Below are positions 13,069 through 25,467 of a DNA stretch of 64,000 nucleotides, piece by piece. The position numbers and the translations under genes were made by a program. The stretch's first letter is position 1, and each line of letters opens with the position of its first letter. Below the pieces are notes generated by a model. It was not told where the DNA came from, made no database searches, and saw only the letters and a list, made by a program, of their open reading frames with translations. Source of the stretch: Mobula hypostoma (lineage: Eukaryota); assembly GCF_963921235.1 (NCBI RefSeq), contig NC_086105.1, forward strand, positions 120,590,001-120,654,000, given 5' to 3'.

Positions 13069-13149
13069 ATGGCAGAATCGGGGAGCGGGCAGACCGGAGA
13101 TGTTCTGTGCCTGTTTGATGTGGACGGGACTCTCACCGAAGCCCGGCAG
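13069..13149 (+). CDS. PMM2: Phosphomannomutase 2 exon 1
   Basis: MAESGSGQTGDVLCLFDVDGTLTEARQ with HAD motif I DVDGT; donor CAG|gtaggg. Confidence 0.96.
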
Positions 13150-13391
13150 GTAGGGGTCGGCGCGACAGAGAGAGCGCAGCTTTTAGCGTCAGGGACCGGA
13201 TGGTTGGCGGTGGAGGCTCGGTTCATTGTAACAAGGGAGTGGAGCAGGTGCCTCCGGGTCTAAAGTGCCTGCCTTTTAAAAGTAACTTGGATAAAAATGT
13301 CTATTTATCGGAAACTTTGGTTTTGATTACCCGCCTGACGATTCAGATCTTTAAAAAAATCCACCGATTTCATTCATATATTTCCCCTTAG

Positions 13392-13503
13392 AAAATCAGT
13401 CAGCCAATGGATGAATTTATGCAGCGTTTAAGAAAAAAAGTGAAAGTTGGAGTTGTGAGCGGTTCTGATGTCGAAAAGATTAAAGAGCAACTCGGAGAGG
13501 AGG
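13392..13503 (+). CDS. PMM2: PMM2 exon 2 (112 nt)
   Basis: ccccttag|AAA...GAGG|gtgagt; [37 protein letters not shown]. Confidence 0.96.
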
Positions 13504-13984
13504 GTGAGTCATTTATACACAGTTGACTGCGACCTATAACATATCCTGGCAGCCGAGTTTTGGACATTGTCGCCTGACTCTAGTTTGTTCGAGTTGCTTC
13601 GTAGAATAAAGACATTTGCTGAACAGTAGCAAGTTATAAGTACGTGAAACGTGTTCAGAATTTGACTTAAAAGAGATTTCGCAGCTCAGAGATGTTTGAA
13701 CCAACCTATATTATACGCGGAGAGGGAAACCAATCAAGTAGTGAGGACGTGGCATCTCCCACATCATAGTAGAGGATAGAATAGTGAGGCACAGTACTGG
13801 CCCTTCTGCCCACGTTGCAGTGCCGATATTCAACATGTTCCAAAATCAGTCTAACCCTTCCTTCCCACATAGCCTTGCATTAGAGATCATGCAGCTAACG
13901 AGTAATACGAGGAGACAACCCATCATCAAAACTTCAGTCATATCTATTTATTCAGTAGTTTGCCTTTTAATCGAGCAGCCCCGT

Positions 13985-14450
13985 TTAAGTACAGAGAAAA
14001 TTTCACAAGGATGTTGCCGGGTCTGGAGGACCCAAGGAAAGATTGAATAGGTTAGAACTGTATTCCTTAAAATGTAGAAGATTGAGAGGGGATTTGATGG
14101 CAGTATACAAAATTGTAAGGGATATAGATAAGGTAAATACGATCAGGCTTTTTCCACTGAGGTTGTGTGGAACTACAACCAGAGGTCATGGGTTAAGGTT
14201 GAAAGGTGAAAAGGGAACACGAGGGGGAAACTTCTTCACTCAGAGCGTCATGCGAGTGTGGAACAAGCTGCCAGCACAAATGGTGCATATGCGCTCAATT
14301 TCAATGTTTAAGAGATGTTTGGACAGGTACATGGATGGTAGAGGTACGGTGGGCTATGGTACCTGCACAAGTCGATGGGAGGAGGCAGTTTAAATGGTTT
14401 CAGCATGGACTAGATGGGCCGAAAAGCCTGTTTCTGTGCTGTACTTCTGA
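13985..14450 (+). mobile_element. CR1 LINE 3' fragment
   Basis: LYSLKCRRLRGDL..VYKI..TRGHGL C-terminal motifs and 3' UTR. Confidence 0.85.
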
Positions 14451-14689
14451 TTTTGTGACCTCCTGTTTATACTACTGTTGTCATATTCAGTTACCTGTTT
14501 TACCAGATCAACTAGTAGTGAAAATGTAAACATTTTTAATGAACACTTGCATAAACAAATGTGCATTTACAAATTTAGATTGTCTTTAGGTAGCCCTAAG
14601 AGATGACCTTAATGCCTAAGTGAAACGGTACACCTTCCACAGAGGCCTTGTATTACGTAAGTGAGTAATGTGGTCTGATGTGCCAGTCA

Positions 14690-14998
14690 GAGTGGTGCAG
14701 TTTGTCGAGCTGTTGCCTCACAATTCCAGAGACCTGGATTTAATCCTAACCTGGGGGTGCTGCCTGCTTAGGGTTTGCATGTCTATGTGGATTTCCTCCA
14801 AGTGTGCTCTTGTTCCTTCCCACAAACATGCTGTTTGTTAATTGGCCATTGTAAATTGCTCCCGTTATCTCAGGTGAGTGGTAGGATCGGGGACGGTTGA
14901 ATGCAAATTTCAGGAGAATAAAATGGAATTAGTACAAATTGGGTGTTTGGTCAGCATGGACTCTGTGGGCCAAAGGGCTTGTTTGAATGCTGTGTCTT
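14690..14998 (+). mobile_element. HE1/V-SINE (tRNA head, V domain, CR1-type tail)
   Basis: gtggtgcag..gctgttgcctcaca..ccagagacctgg head; gtttgcatgt..gtggatttcctcc; taattggccattgtaaattg; tail gggccaaagggcttg. Confidence 0.7.
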
Positions 14999-15293
14999 TG
15001 TGGAATTTATCAAATACTTCTTAATATACTAATCCTACACTAATCCCAAATTATTCTCCCCACGTTCCTATCAATTCCCTCCAATACTAATAAGGGTCAG
15101 TATATTAACAGTTCTTCAATGTCTTGCCTTTGTTGCTTTATCTTTTCAACTCTTTCTCATTAATAACAGAATAAATTTATTGTCATTGATGTGTCACTAT
15201 TGTAATCTAAAGTTAAACATGCTAAACCGGACAGTAAATTTGATCGTTAATGATTTTGCATATTTGTTTTTGGTGTCATAATGCTAACGGTTA

Positions 15294-15357
15294 TAGTACC
15301 GTGCAAAATTCATGGGTATGTGGTATATATATTGCCAAAGACTTTTGCATGGTAATG
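15294..15357. mobile_element. Small Tc1-type MITE (related half copy at ~15713-15745)
   Basis: Inverted ends gtaccgtgcaaaa / ttttgcatggtaa flanked by TA. Confidence 0.5.
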
Positions 15358-15817
15358 TAATTTTAGGTATTGCACAGTACTGCTGACACAAAAAAATTCA
15401 AATTTTATGACATATTTGAGTGATAAATCTGATTCTGATATGGTCTTTAATATGAACTGAGAGTAGATCGGGGGCAGAGAGAGGGGAAGGAGTGGGAAGC
15501 ACTGGGAGGATATTCTGTAATGATCAATAACCCAATTGATTGAAATCAAACAACCTTGCCTGGTGTCTCAGAGCTGGGTGTGTTTGCACCCACCCCTGGC
15601 ACTCCTCTGCCGCCTGTCCCACACCCCACCCGCGACACTCCACCCTCACCATTCCCAACATCCTCTGCTCCTGCTAAATTTACAAACTTGCTCTCCACTC
15701 CACGTTGACAAATACAGTACTGTGCAAAAGTCTTAGGCACCCTAGCTCTCTTGGTGATGGTGCAGGCTTAGTGCGGTGAAGTTTTGTTAACCAGATGATC
15801 AGTCTAAGATGTTTATA

Positions 15818-16092
15818 GCGATACAGTGCTGCGTGGGCCCTTCTGGTCCTTTGAGCCATGCTGCCTCAGCAACTCACAACTCCGGTTAACCCTTGCGTAA
15901 TCACCGCACAATTTACAATGACTAACTAACCTACCCGGTACATCTTTGGATTGCGGGAGGAAACCAGAGCACTCGGAGAAAATCCATGCATTCCATGGGA
16001 AGGATATACCGAGACTCCTTACAGAAAGGCACCGGAATTGAACTCTGAACTCTGAGCACCCTGAAATGTAATAGCATTGCACCAACCGTTAA
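15818..16092 (-). mobile_element. HE1/V-SINE
   Basis: Reverse-strand V-domain motifs (caatttacaatgac, ctttggattgcgggaggaaaccagagcactcggagaaaatccatgc). Confidence 0.75.
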
Positions 16093-16271
16093 CACAAAAA
16101 GTGAGAGCAGGAGTTGAAAGGAAGGGGAATTAAAGCAATGCCTGAATTGTAAAATACACTAAAACTTTTCAAATCCTGAAAATCTAAATCAAAAAAAAAA
16201 TACACTGAAATTGCCCAGCACCCATGGAAAAAATCAGAGTTAAAATTTCAAGGTGCTGATATTTCATCATA

Positions 16272-16801
16272 GCAACACACATCAAAGTTGCTGGTGAACG
16301 CAGCAGGCCAGGCAGCATCTCTAGGAAGAGGTGCAGTCAACGTTTCAGGCCGAGACCCTTTGTCAGGACTAACTGAAGGAAGAGTGAGTAAGGGATTTGA
16401 AAGTTGGAGGGGGAGGGGGAGATCCAAAATGATAGGAGAAGACAGGAGGGGGAGGGATGGAGCCAAGAGCTGGACAGGTGATAGGCAAAAGGGGATATGA
16501 GAGGATCATGGGACAGGAGGTCTGGGAAGAAAGACAAGGGGGGGGGGACCCAGAGGATGGACAAGAGGTATGTTCAGAGGGACAGGGAGAAAAAGAAGAG
16601 TGAGAAAAAGAATGTGTGCATAAAAATAAGTAACAGCTGGGGTACGAGGGGGAGGTGGGGCCTTAGCAGAAGTTAGAGAAGTCAATGTTCATGCCATCAG
16701 GTTGGAGGCTACCCAGACAGATGCTGCCTGGCCTGCTGCCTTCACCAGCAACTTTGATGTGTGTTGCTTGAATTTCCAGCATCTGCAGAATTCCTGTTGT
16801 T
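16272..16801. mobile_element. Penelope-derived inverted element with 15-bp TSD
   Basis: TSD tgatatttcatcata at 16257-16271 and 16802-16816; minus-strand pLTR 16272-16718 followed by a plus-strand tail; hammerhead remnant at 16335-16370(-). Confidence 0.88.
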
Positions 16802-16979
16802 TGATATTTCATCATAACTAGTTCTGACACAAACTGGAAAGACTGGTTGTTTGAAATAGTTTAGACCCTTTGAAATATGCCAAGTTAGAAGATAAAATGC
16901 TGTTTCTTGACGTGCTATAAGCTCCATTGGAACAACTGAAGAAGTTAGAGTGGAATAGATAATTAAAATGATAGACACC

Positions 16980-17415
16980 CTCATTTTGCAAAGCGGTCAC
17001 GAATTTGCATTTGATTTCTCCAGTGTAACGGAGAATAGAGTGTACTAAACTAGAGAGGTACAGCTGAATGACTGCTTCAGCTGGAATTGAGTGTTTAGGT
17101 CCCTGGAAGAGAAGAGGAATAAGAAGTTTCTTCTGAAATTGCCTGGGAAAGTTCCAGGAGGAGAGGAGTGGACATTGCATTGTAGTCCCTTAGGAATGCA
17201 GAGAAGGGGTCAGGAGGGCAAAATGTTTCACATTGAAGCTAGAAAATAGAGAGGATGCATGGTACATACATCAAATGTGGAGGCTGAGGTGTTGGAAGAT
17301 GAGAACAGGGGAGTTCTGCATTGTTTTGTGATAGGAGAGTGAGGGCTGCATTGTGTGAAATGGAGCAAGTGTAGTTCAGACCTGTCAGCCTTGATGGAGG
17401 ATACCTCTATATATA
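16980..17415 (-). mobile_element. Old Penelope remnant (GIY-YIG region)
   Basis: Decayed ILRYTGEIKCKF resembles the LLYIGETRRSL GIY-YIG motif. Confidence 0.45.
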
Positions 17416-17864
17416 ACAAAATGATTCATGCACCGACACAATTTAATGTTTGTTTTAAAATAGATTAAATTTCTGGATATCTGGCATGTTTGCAAATTCT
17501 GCAGCCTATTGCGTTTTAATTAACATTTTACTTGTTATACTGTATATACTTGTTATACTTCCGAGAAATGGGTAACTTTAAAATTAGCACAGGAAGAGAG
17601 GCAAATAATTATTAGAACCTAGACCACAGCAAGCTGGACATTGGGAATCATGACCAATCCCTCACCCCTATCCAAATGGTCCGATAGCAGATTATGGGAG
17701 TTGTACTGCAGTATTATCTAATGGCTTTGATTTGTCAGTCAGATGTGAAGCAATAAATAAGTAAACCAGATTAATGGACTGTACATAAGAAAAGTTGCAG
17801 TATATCCTAAAGAACATGAACCTTCTGATTATTCTGGATTTTAATGGCTGCCATTTTCTTCCAG

Positions 17865-17941
17865 TTCTTTCAAAAGCTGATTACGTGTTTGCTGAAAATG
17901 GGTTAGTTGCATATAAAGCTGGCAAACTTCTGGCTGTACAG
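17865..17941 (+). CDS. PMM2: PMM2 exon 3 (77 nt)
   Basis: ttcttccag|TT...CAG|gtaagt; VLSKADYVFAENGLVAYKAGKLLAVQ. Confidence 0.96.
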
Positions 17942-18978
17942 GTAAGTTTCTAACCAAAGGTGATCATCACTTGAATGAGTTAAAAGGTGAAATAAATATT
18001 TTGGTCTCATCAGCAGCATGTATTCTCAATCTAGTCTAACTCAAGCCCCATTAAAGTGAGTAATGAGCTAGCAGCTTGATGTACCTGTTATGCTACCACA
18101 TAACTGGAAAGTTTAAGCAAGCACTTGAATGACAATCTGTAGCACCTGTTTGTGTGTAGTCTAGGCTGGCCAAATCCTAAAGAACTTTACTTGTAAACTG
18201 GCTCTGCCAACATGATAGTTAAGCCTACTTTACCTCATTTTCATTAACCAACCTGTGGTAAATATAACTTTCCTTTGCAGGGTTGGTAAAAGTTATTACC
18301 ACATAAAACCTGTAGTACATTCTCCATGGTATAGTATGACACAATTGTACAAAATCAGATAGGCTCAAAGTAGACTGGACCATAAAGTCTAGTATCTATA
18401 TGGTGTAACGAATTTGCAAGAAAAAAGGTACACCAGCAAAATCTGTAAGCAAATACCCCTACTTCATCAGTTGTCAAGTTAGCGGATTTGTTCTGTTCAG
18501 GGGAGGAGACTAACAGCATACCGAAAAATAAGGTACCACCCTAATGAAGCTGCTAAATAGCGTGCAGTAGACAGAAAGAAATATCCTGACCAGCAGTGGA
18601 TCAGATTGAACCTCTGCTGACCTACAAAATACCGTCGTGAATGGTGCCTGACTGTTAAACAGCTAATGGGAGGAGGCCTTGCCAAAAGCACTCATTTGCT
18701 GGGCCACGTCATCATTAAGGATGGCCCAAGAACAATTAGTGGGAGAGGTTCACTCCCTTTTTTTTTAAAGTCATTATCAATCTTCCTGCTTAAATTATGT
18801 TAGCATCTTGAGAACTTTAAACCAATGAATGTGGCAACCTCCAGTTGACTGTTATGGCTGTTTGCATAGTTCATAATGGATTTTAGACTTCTGACTGCCA
18901 TCGTTATTCTACATGATATGAAACGAACTTGCAGGCAGGTTGTTTTAATGGGTAATTTCTTTTATCTCTCTGTTTAAG

Positions 18979-19070
18979 AACATCCAGAACCATATTGGTG
19001 AGGAAATACTTCAGAACTTAATCAACTATTCTTTGAATTATATGGCCAAGATTAAGTTGCCAAGAAAAAG
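18979..19070 (+). CDS. PMM2: PMM2 exon 4 (92 nt)
   Basis: ctgtttaag|AAC...AAG|gtaaaa; [31 protein letters not shown]. Confidence 0.95.
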
Positions 19071-19550
19071 GTAAAACAGAAAGAATTTTTACAATTAGAC
19101 CACTCATTTTTAGTACAAGTCACACCTGCTCCACTGCTCCAAAATCTGAACTTTGTACTCCTCCATCATATTGCGCAGAAGGAAACTTAGCAGGAGAAGG
19201 CTGCTTGCCCAGCCATTCAAAGTGATCATGGCAGATCAGCCCAGGCCTCAACACCTCTTTTGTGGCAGTTACACATAACTTTCTATTCGCAATCTTTCCA
19301 AAATATCTTCCTCCAATGATCTGGCCTCTCAACCCTAAAGGATAGAGAATTTCAAATGAGAATTCATATATACCTCAGTTTTAAATGACCATCCACTTAT
19401 CTTGAAGGTTGTCTATTCTTGTGTTGGATAGCATGTGATAGGAGTAATTGTCTGTAATTCCTGCCTTTGAGATTTGGATGATTTACTTGCAAAACCTGAA
19501 TCACATTCTTGTAAAATATATCCTGAATTTAAACATTGCATATGAGTATT

Positions 19551-19752
19551 AGGGCCGGCTGGTGTTGTTGTGGCATCGGCACTGGACTTCAAGGCAGATG
19601 GTCCTAAACTCACACCCAGCCAGGTCCCAGCCTGGGCAGCAGCAGTGTCTGCGCGGAGCAAAGGTCTGGCAATCTACCTCTGTATCTTGCCATTAAAACC
19701 CTATGGTCCACAAGGTCACGAAAAGTCGGACTCGACTAAATGACTGAACAAC
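19551..19752 (+). mobile_element. tRNA-derived SINE with RTE-type tail
   Basis: Tail gtcacgaaaagtcggactcgactaaatgactgaacaac; candidate TSD tatgagt (19541-47, 19753-59). Confidence 0.65.
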
Positions 19753-20039
19753 TATGAGTTTGTATCTTTAATTACTTGATCTGAATTTGATTTCTTTGAA
19801 TTCACGCCATTTGATTGAATAGCTCTGGACAATTAAAACTAAAATACATCCCCAAAGATAGCAAAATTATATTTGAGGATGTATTTCCTGAGCAGATCAT
19901 GTTCAAAACTCAGTGCTAAAGAATCCGATAGGATATTAGTCAATGTCATTTATTTTTCTATTCAAAGCAGCTTAAATTTACCACATCTAAACATTAATGG
20001 AGATTAGCGGCTGTATATAAAACTACCTTTCTTTCACAG

Positions 20040-20139
20040 AGGCACCTTTGTTGAATTCCGTAATGGAATGCTGAACATCAGTCCAATTGGTAGAAGCTGC
20101 AGCCAAGAAGAACGTATTGAATTCTTTGAACTTGATAAA
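20040..20139 (+). CDS. PMM2: PMM2 exon 5 (100 nt)
   Basis: tttcacag|A GGC...AAA|gtaagt; [33 protein letters not shown]. Confidence 0.97.
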
Positions 20140-20276
20140 GTAAGTTCATTTCTAAATGTTGTTCAACTCTTGGATGAACTGATGTAGGAAGTAGTCATTG
20201 AAGGTTATCTTCACAAGTAAAAATAATTTGAATGAAAGCAATTACAGGCTGAGGTAATGTTGAGATCACAATAGAG

Positions 20277-20345
20277 CAGGGGGTTCCCAATCTTTTGTTC
20301 TTAATGTTGTGAGCCAGTAACATTAAGCAAGATTGGGAACCCCTA
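20277..20345. mobile_element. Tiny hAT-Charlie MITE
   Basis: TIRs CAGGGGGTTCCCAATC / GATTGGGAACCCCT. Confidence 0.65.
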
Positions 20346-20860
20346 CTATAGTTACCTTAGTCAAAAGATGAAAAATGGTGCTAAATGTATGCAGCACTAA
20401 TAAGAAATGCCTGTTTTGGGTTAAATAGGTTGAGGAAAGATAGATTCTTTCCCTATACTTCGTCTAGTTGGCAACAATAATACTCCATATGGTGCCTTGG
20501 GAACTGAGGTTGCACCACTTAAGGTCTCAGATGCAGCAAGTTCCAAAGGAATGAGCTATGCCCTTTATCTCCAGAATGGAAGGATGCCGTATCACTTGAT
20601 GTTGCTCTGACTGGCCTCTTCCATTCTTCACTCAGACCAAGGGGGCCCCAAGTAAGATGTCGTCACCAACCCCTACCCTTTTCTTGGCAAAGCGTAAAAT
20701 TGTGATAAGCAGAACATTTACTTCTTTTATACAAATTTGTCTGTGAATGAGAAGTGTTTGACATTGATATAAGCATTACATAATCATAAGTGTATATGTG
20801 ACCACCTCACAGTGGCTTATAATAAACCAGGTTCATTAGCTAACTCTGGCTAACGGCCAT

Positions 20861-20953
20861 GAGACTAAGCATCGCCTGGGTAACAGTGAGAAATGAGACT
20901 AAGCATCACCTGGGTGACAGTGAGAAATGAGACTAAGCATCACCTGGGTAACA
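20861..20953. repeat. 34-bp tandem repeat (~2.7 copies)
   Basis: Unit gagactaagcatc(a/g)cctgggt(a/g)acagtgagaaat. Confidence 0.9.
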
Positions 20954-21605
20954 GAAGGCCTCCTTCAATAAGCAGAACACGTCTAGGATTGGTATGATTC
21001 AGTTCAACCAAACAGGAAAGTTGGAATGTTCTGATGAGGGAATGGAAATTATGGTGATCGTTGTGTAAATGCTGCCCCAAGCAGTTATCATTCACTAGGA
21101 AATAACAGATCTTACACCAGCATCAAATTAAAATGGGAGTATATTTACCAGTATTTCAACTTTAACAAACACAATAGAGAAAGGGCCTACTACAGTTAAA
21201 CCAGTCTAAATGTGCACATAACCACTGGAGCTCATTTCTGGAGTAGTTGGTGCTTCACTTTGATTACTCAGTGCATGAGTACTCTCACGCCCTCTGGGTG
21301 AGGGACGCCAGCCACAATTCAAACTTCCCTGGAAAACCATTTCAAATGAACTGGCTAACTCAGTATTGGCATTTTCTCCTTGGAACCATTCATCTGCACA
21401 AAGCACTTCCTACATGGGGTCTTTCCTTCAAGTGGCATTCTGCGAGCATCTTCCCTTGTGCTTTGCTCTGCACCATCTTTGCCTTCCAGCACTTCCCAAC
21501 AAAAGACTCAAAACCAGACTACTGTCATTCAAAAATCTAATCCTGTCCAGCACTCTCGAATGTTCCATGGCATCCCACTGGCACCAGACAAACCCAACTG
21601 GCTGA

Positions 21606-21723
21606 CACACATAAAAGTTGCAGTGTACCTCTTCCATTAGATGCTGCCTGGCCTGCTGCGTTCACCAGCAACTTTTATGTGTGTTGCTTGAAATTCCAGC
21701 ATCTGCAGATTTCCTCGTGTTTG
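21606..21723 (+). mobile_element. Penelope-pLTR mini-element with 13-bp TSD
   Basis: TSD cccaa(c/a)tggctga at 21593-21605 and 21724-21736; short inverted left end cacacataaaagttgc plus the family tail. Confidence 0.8.
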
Positions 21724-22689
21724 CCCAAATGGCTGATGCAACATTCCTAGGCTAAGCTAAGCAAACACTCCCTATCTCAGCCGAAACCAAAACACTAGTC
21801 TGTGAAGCTTAACAAAACACACTGCGTTTGCAGAAAAACTGCTAAAATAAAATACCTCACAGCATAGCAGTAGAAATACAATAAAACGTGTTCTTAACCA
21901 CGATGTTACATATATATTTCATTTCACTTTCAAATAATTTGTTACTGTTATGAGAAGTGTTAATTGCATATCCATCTTTTTAACAGGTGCATTTCATGTG
22001 TAGCAATATATGAACTGTTGGATGAACTCTCAATTAGCATCTGAAATGCTGATTATCCTTTTCTTAGGTTCCCCCAGAAGTTTGTTCTTTTACTCCAGAT
22101 TTTAGCATCTGCAGTCTCCTGTGCCTCAGGCGTTTCATATAACTGATGACATCCCTGCCATTGGCTTTGAATTATGGAATAATTTCAGGCTAAATTGATG
22201 TTTCTATTTAAGATGTGTTTTGATCAACTCTTCATTCTTTGTAATATGTGACTTAGGAACTTGTAATTTGTTCCTTTTACACAAGGAATAAAATTTATCC
22301 TGAACTCTTTTAATGTAGAAGAAAACATTTACTGTCACTGTTCTTCATTCTGGTTTGTTCTGTTCATTTTTTTCTTTGCACTACTTAGTTAATTTATTTT
22401 TATACTCTAATTTATAATTTTCTTATTTCTTATTCTAATTTAGTTTTTTATTGTATATTGCAATATAGAGTTGCCGCAAAACAACAAATTTTGTGATATT
22501 TGCCAATGATATAAACTTTATTCTGATTTCTAGTGGTTTTACAGAGATGGTTAAAATAATTTACAAGTTTTTTAAAAAACTGGAAATTTATAGTATTTTA
22601 GTTGATTTTTCCTGTAAAGCAAACTATAAATCCCACTTACTGTCAAAATTCCCTTAATATCTCATAATCGAAATTCTCTGATCTCCCCA

Positions 22690-22985
22690 AAGGAGATGCA
22701 TGGCTGTTTGGATTCAGAATTGGCTTGCTGGTAGAAGACAGGGCAATGGTCAATGGGATTTACTTTGGCTGAAGGTCCATGAGTACTGGTGTTCCACAGG
22801 GACCTGTACTGGCACCTCTGCTGTTTATGATATTGGATGAAAACGTGGATGGGTGGGTGAGTAAGTTTGCAGACAATATGAAGATTAGTAACATTGTGGA
22901 TAGTGTAGAAGATTGTCAAAGTATATAGCTGGATATAGATCAGTTGCAGAAATGGGCAGAGAAATGGCAGATACAATTCCAATGT
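22690..22985 (+). mobile_element. CR1 RT fragment
   Basis: tggattcagaattggctt...ggtgttccacaggg...aagtttgcagac motifs. Confidence 0.8.
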
Positions 22986-23993
22986 AGTGTCAGTTATAAT
23001 CCATCTTTTTTTGTTGGCAAGGTAAATTACTGCAAACTGCTTCATACCTTTCAAAGCTCTGGGACATAAACTTTTGCCAGTGACTAACAACTTCCACCTG
23101 TGGCTTCCTGCAGCGTTGGAGAAGTCCAACACAGTGACACAATCTTTTGATGCTTTGTAACCTGTTGGTGATTCTGCATCCTCTAGTTAGTGTTCGTCTT
23201 GGAGTACAACGCCAATATAAGGCGATTCTTCCACATTGTTGGCCTGCTCGTGACTTAAATTTTCATCAGAAACTAACTTGGCGAAGTCATCAACAAACTG
23301 CTGCTGCTCCCTTGTCTGCTGACTGTGTTTCAACACACACTGCACAAAATTTTATGCCATGTCACTGCTTGAAGTGCTGAAGCCACCCTTCACCGTAATT
23401 GCACGCATAATCAAGTCCTAATTCATAATTTTGCTTTTTCCTTCACCATCTGTCCTGATAGTTCTACACCTTCACTGATGCGGAGTTTAAACCACTTTAT
23501 GAGAATGTTATCTAGTTGTACACATTAGTTTTTTTTCCGATTCACTGTCAGTAAAGAACTAAAACCATTTTCTTTGTTTCTTTATATCATAAACTATGGA
23601 AGAGTCAATATTGCACAAGTCGCATATGCTTTTCAGACGCACCACTGACAATTTTTTTCAGAAATACCACCTTACCTTTTATAGATAACATGTAGTGTTT
23701 ATGCTTTATGTCATGAGAAACACTTCCTTTATTCAATGAAGACATGACTGGGGCTAGATAAGCAAAGATTATAAAAATAAATAGAGAATATTACAAGAAT
23801 CACTTGTTGCTTTTAAAGACCATGCCAGCAGCTGATACTGCAAATGGTGCCACCAAATCAGTGTTGGCGCGGCAATGCAGGAAATTTGAAATTAGGCTGT
23901 AGAAAACGAACCAGCTGTGGAACTGGATTACTGATTGCCAGATTCAAGATGGTCGACCTGTATAAAGTTTCAGAAAATTGGAGAGTTCCACTG
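22986..23993 (-). mobile_element. Tigger transposon fragment (decayed transposase)
   Basis: NAAGSHRWKLLVTGKSLCPRALKG..IYLANKKRWI resembles the Tigger DDE region; CAGTGGAACTC TIR-like start near 23993. Confidence 0.75.
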
Positions 23994-24049
23994 TTCATGA
24001 AGTGAACCAAGAACTGGGTGTGGAACTACAAGCTGGTGAGCCTGAGTTC

Positions 24050-25345
24050 AATCATAGGAAAGTTACTGGAAGAAATTCTAAGGGACAAGATCAGCTATTG
24101 ATTGGATAGTTGTGGCCTGATCAGGAATAGTTAGCATGGTTTTGAGCGTGGCAAATGATGTCTGATGAACTGTTTTGGATTTTTTTGAAGAAGTAACTAA
24201 GAGAATAGGTGAGGATAAGGCAGTGGATGCTTTCTATGTAGACTAGTAAGGCCTTTGACAAGATCCTGCATGGCAGCCTGATCTGATTGCTTAGGATACT
24301 GGGGAGCTAGCAGAGTGAATTCTGAATTGGTTCCATGCTGGGAGGCAGAAGATGATGTTTGCTGGTCAATTCTCCAACTTGAGGCCTGTGTCTAGTGGAG
24401 TGCTCCAGGGTCTGGTATTCACTATTTGGTGATTTGGATGTGAATGTACGTGGGATGATTAGCAAGTTTGCTGATACTAAATTGGCGGTCTGTTGATAGT
24501 GAAATAAGCTACAATGAATTGCAAAGAGGTCTTGGTCATTTAGCGAGATGGGCTGTGGAATGACAAATGGATTTCAAGTGAGATAACTGTGAGGTGTTGC
24601 ATTTTGGACACTGAAACCAGGGTGGGACCTATACAGTGAATGGCAGGCACTGATGAGTGTTGTGGAATGCAGGGATCTGAGAGTGCAAGTGCACTGTTTG
24701 CTTAAAGTAGCCGCACAATTGACTGGGTGGTAAAGAAGATGCTTAGCATTTTGACCTTCAGTCAGGGCACCAAGTTCAGGAGTAGGAAAATTGTATTGCA
24801 GTTCAGTGAGATGTTATGAGGCCGTACTTGGAGTATTGTGTAGTTTTGATCACCATATTATAAGAAAGGCATTGTCATGCTGGAGAGAGTGCAGGAGAGA
24901 AATTTACGAGGATGCTACCTGGATTAGAGGGCCTGAGCTGTAGGGAGCGTTCGGCACACTGGATCTTTATTTCCTTGAGTTGAGGATAATGAGGGATGAC
25001 CTCACAAGAATTTACAGAATCAGAAGGGGTATAAGATCGTCTTTTCCCCACGGCTAGGGAGTCCTAAACTAAAGGGCAGAGCAACAAGATAAGAGGGGAG
25101 AGATTTAGGAGAGACCTGAGAGGTAACTACTTTGCACAGAAGGTAGTGAATACCTTGAATGGGCTGGCAGAGAATGTGGTCAATGTGGGTACAACTGCAA
25201 CATTTAAGGGGCATTTGGTTAGATAAATAGGGGGAGGGGCTTAGAGGGTTATGGGCTGAACACAGGCAACTGGGTGCATCAGGGAGGATGCTATGGTCAG
25301 CATCGACCAGTTCGATCGGAGGGCCTAATTTTGTGTTGTATTACT
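24050..25345 (+). mobile_element. Old CR1 ORF2 3' portion
   Basis: Decayed RT-to-3'UTR sequence collinear with the CR1 at 9400-12340. Confidence 0.85.
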
Positions 25346-25467
25346 CCTCCAGATGTTATACTCCTCTTGCTCTGGATTTCTGAGTCTCTGATTCATTTTC
25401 TTCCAATGTAGTGACAGTGACATGGTTAGAAATGTAATTCAAATAAGTGCTATGTACTGCACATTTA

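Larger units (their letters stand above)
12440..13340. promoter_or_regulatory. CpG-rich bidirectional promoter of TMEM186/PMM2
   Basis: The only CpG-dense non-repeat segment; lies between the divergent genes and contains PMM2 exon 1. Confidence 0.85.
20701..21909. mobile_element. Possible solo LTR or LTR-like segment
   Basis: TGTGA...GTTACA ends, an internal enhancer-like tandem repeat and AATAAA near the right end; no TSD confirmed. Confidence 0.3.

Noticed and set aside
12807-13226. Overlapping ~100-aa ORFs in the promoter
   Set aside because: Expected by chance in GC-rich sequence; no recognisable homology
13150-13263. ORF-track extension of PMM2 exon 1
   Set aside because: Read-through into intron 1; homology resumes at 13392
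14690-14760. tRNA genes (also 19551 and 44718)
   Set aside because: Degenerate tRNA-like heads fused to SINE bodies and LINE tails; no cloverleaf
20861-20953. 34-bp repeats as a CRISPR-like array
   Set aside because: Head-to-tail units without unique spacers, in a vertebrate intron with no cas genes; an ordinary tandem repeat
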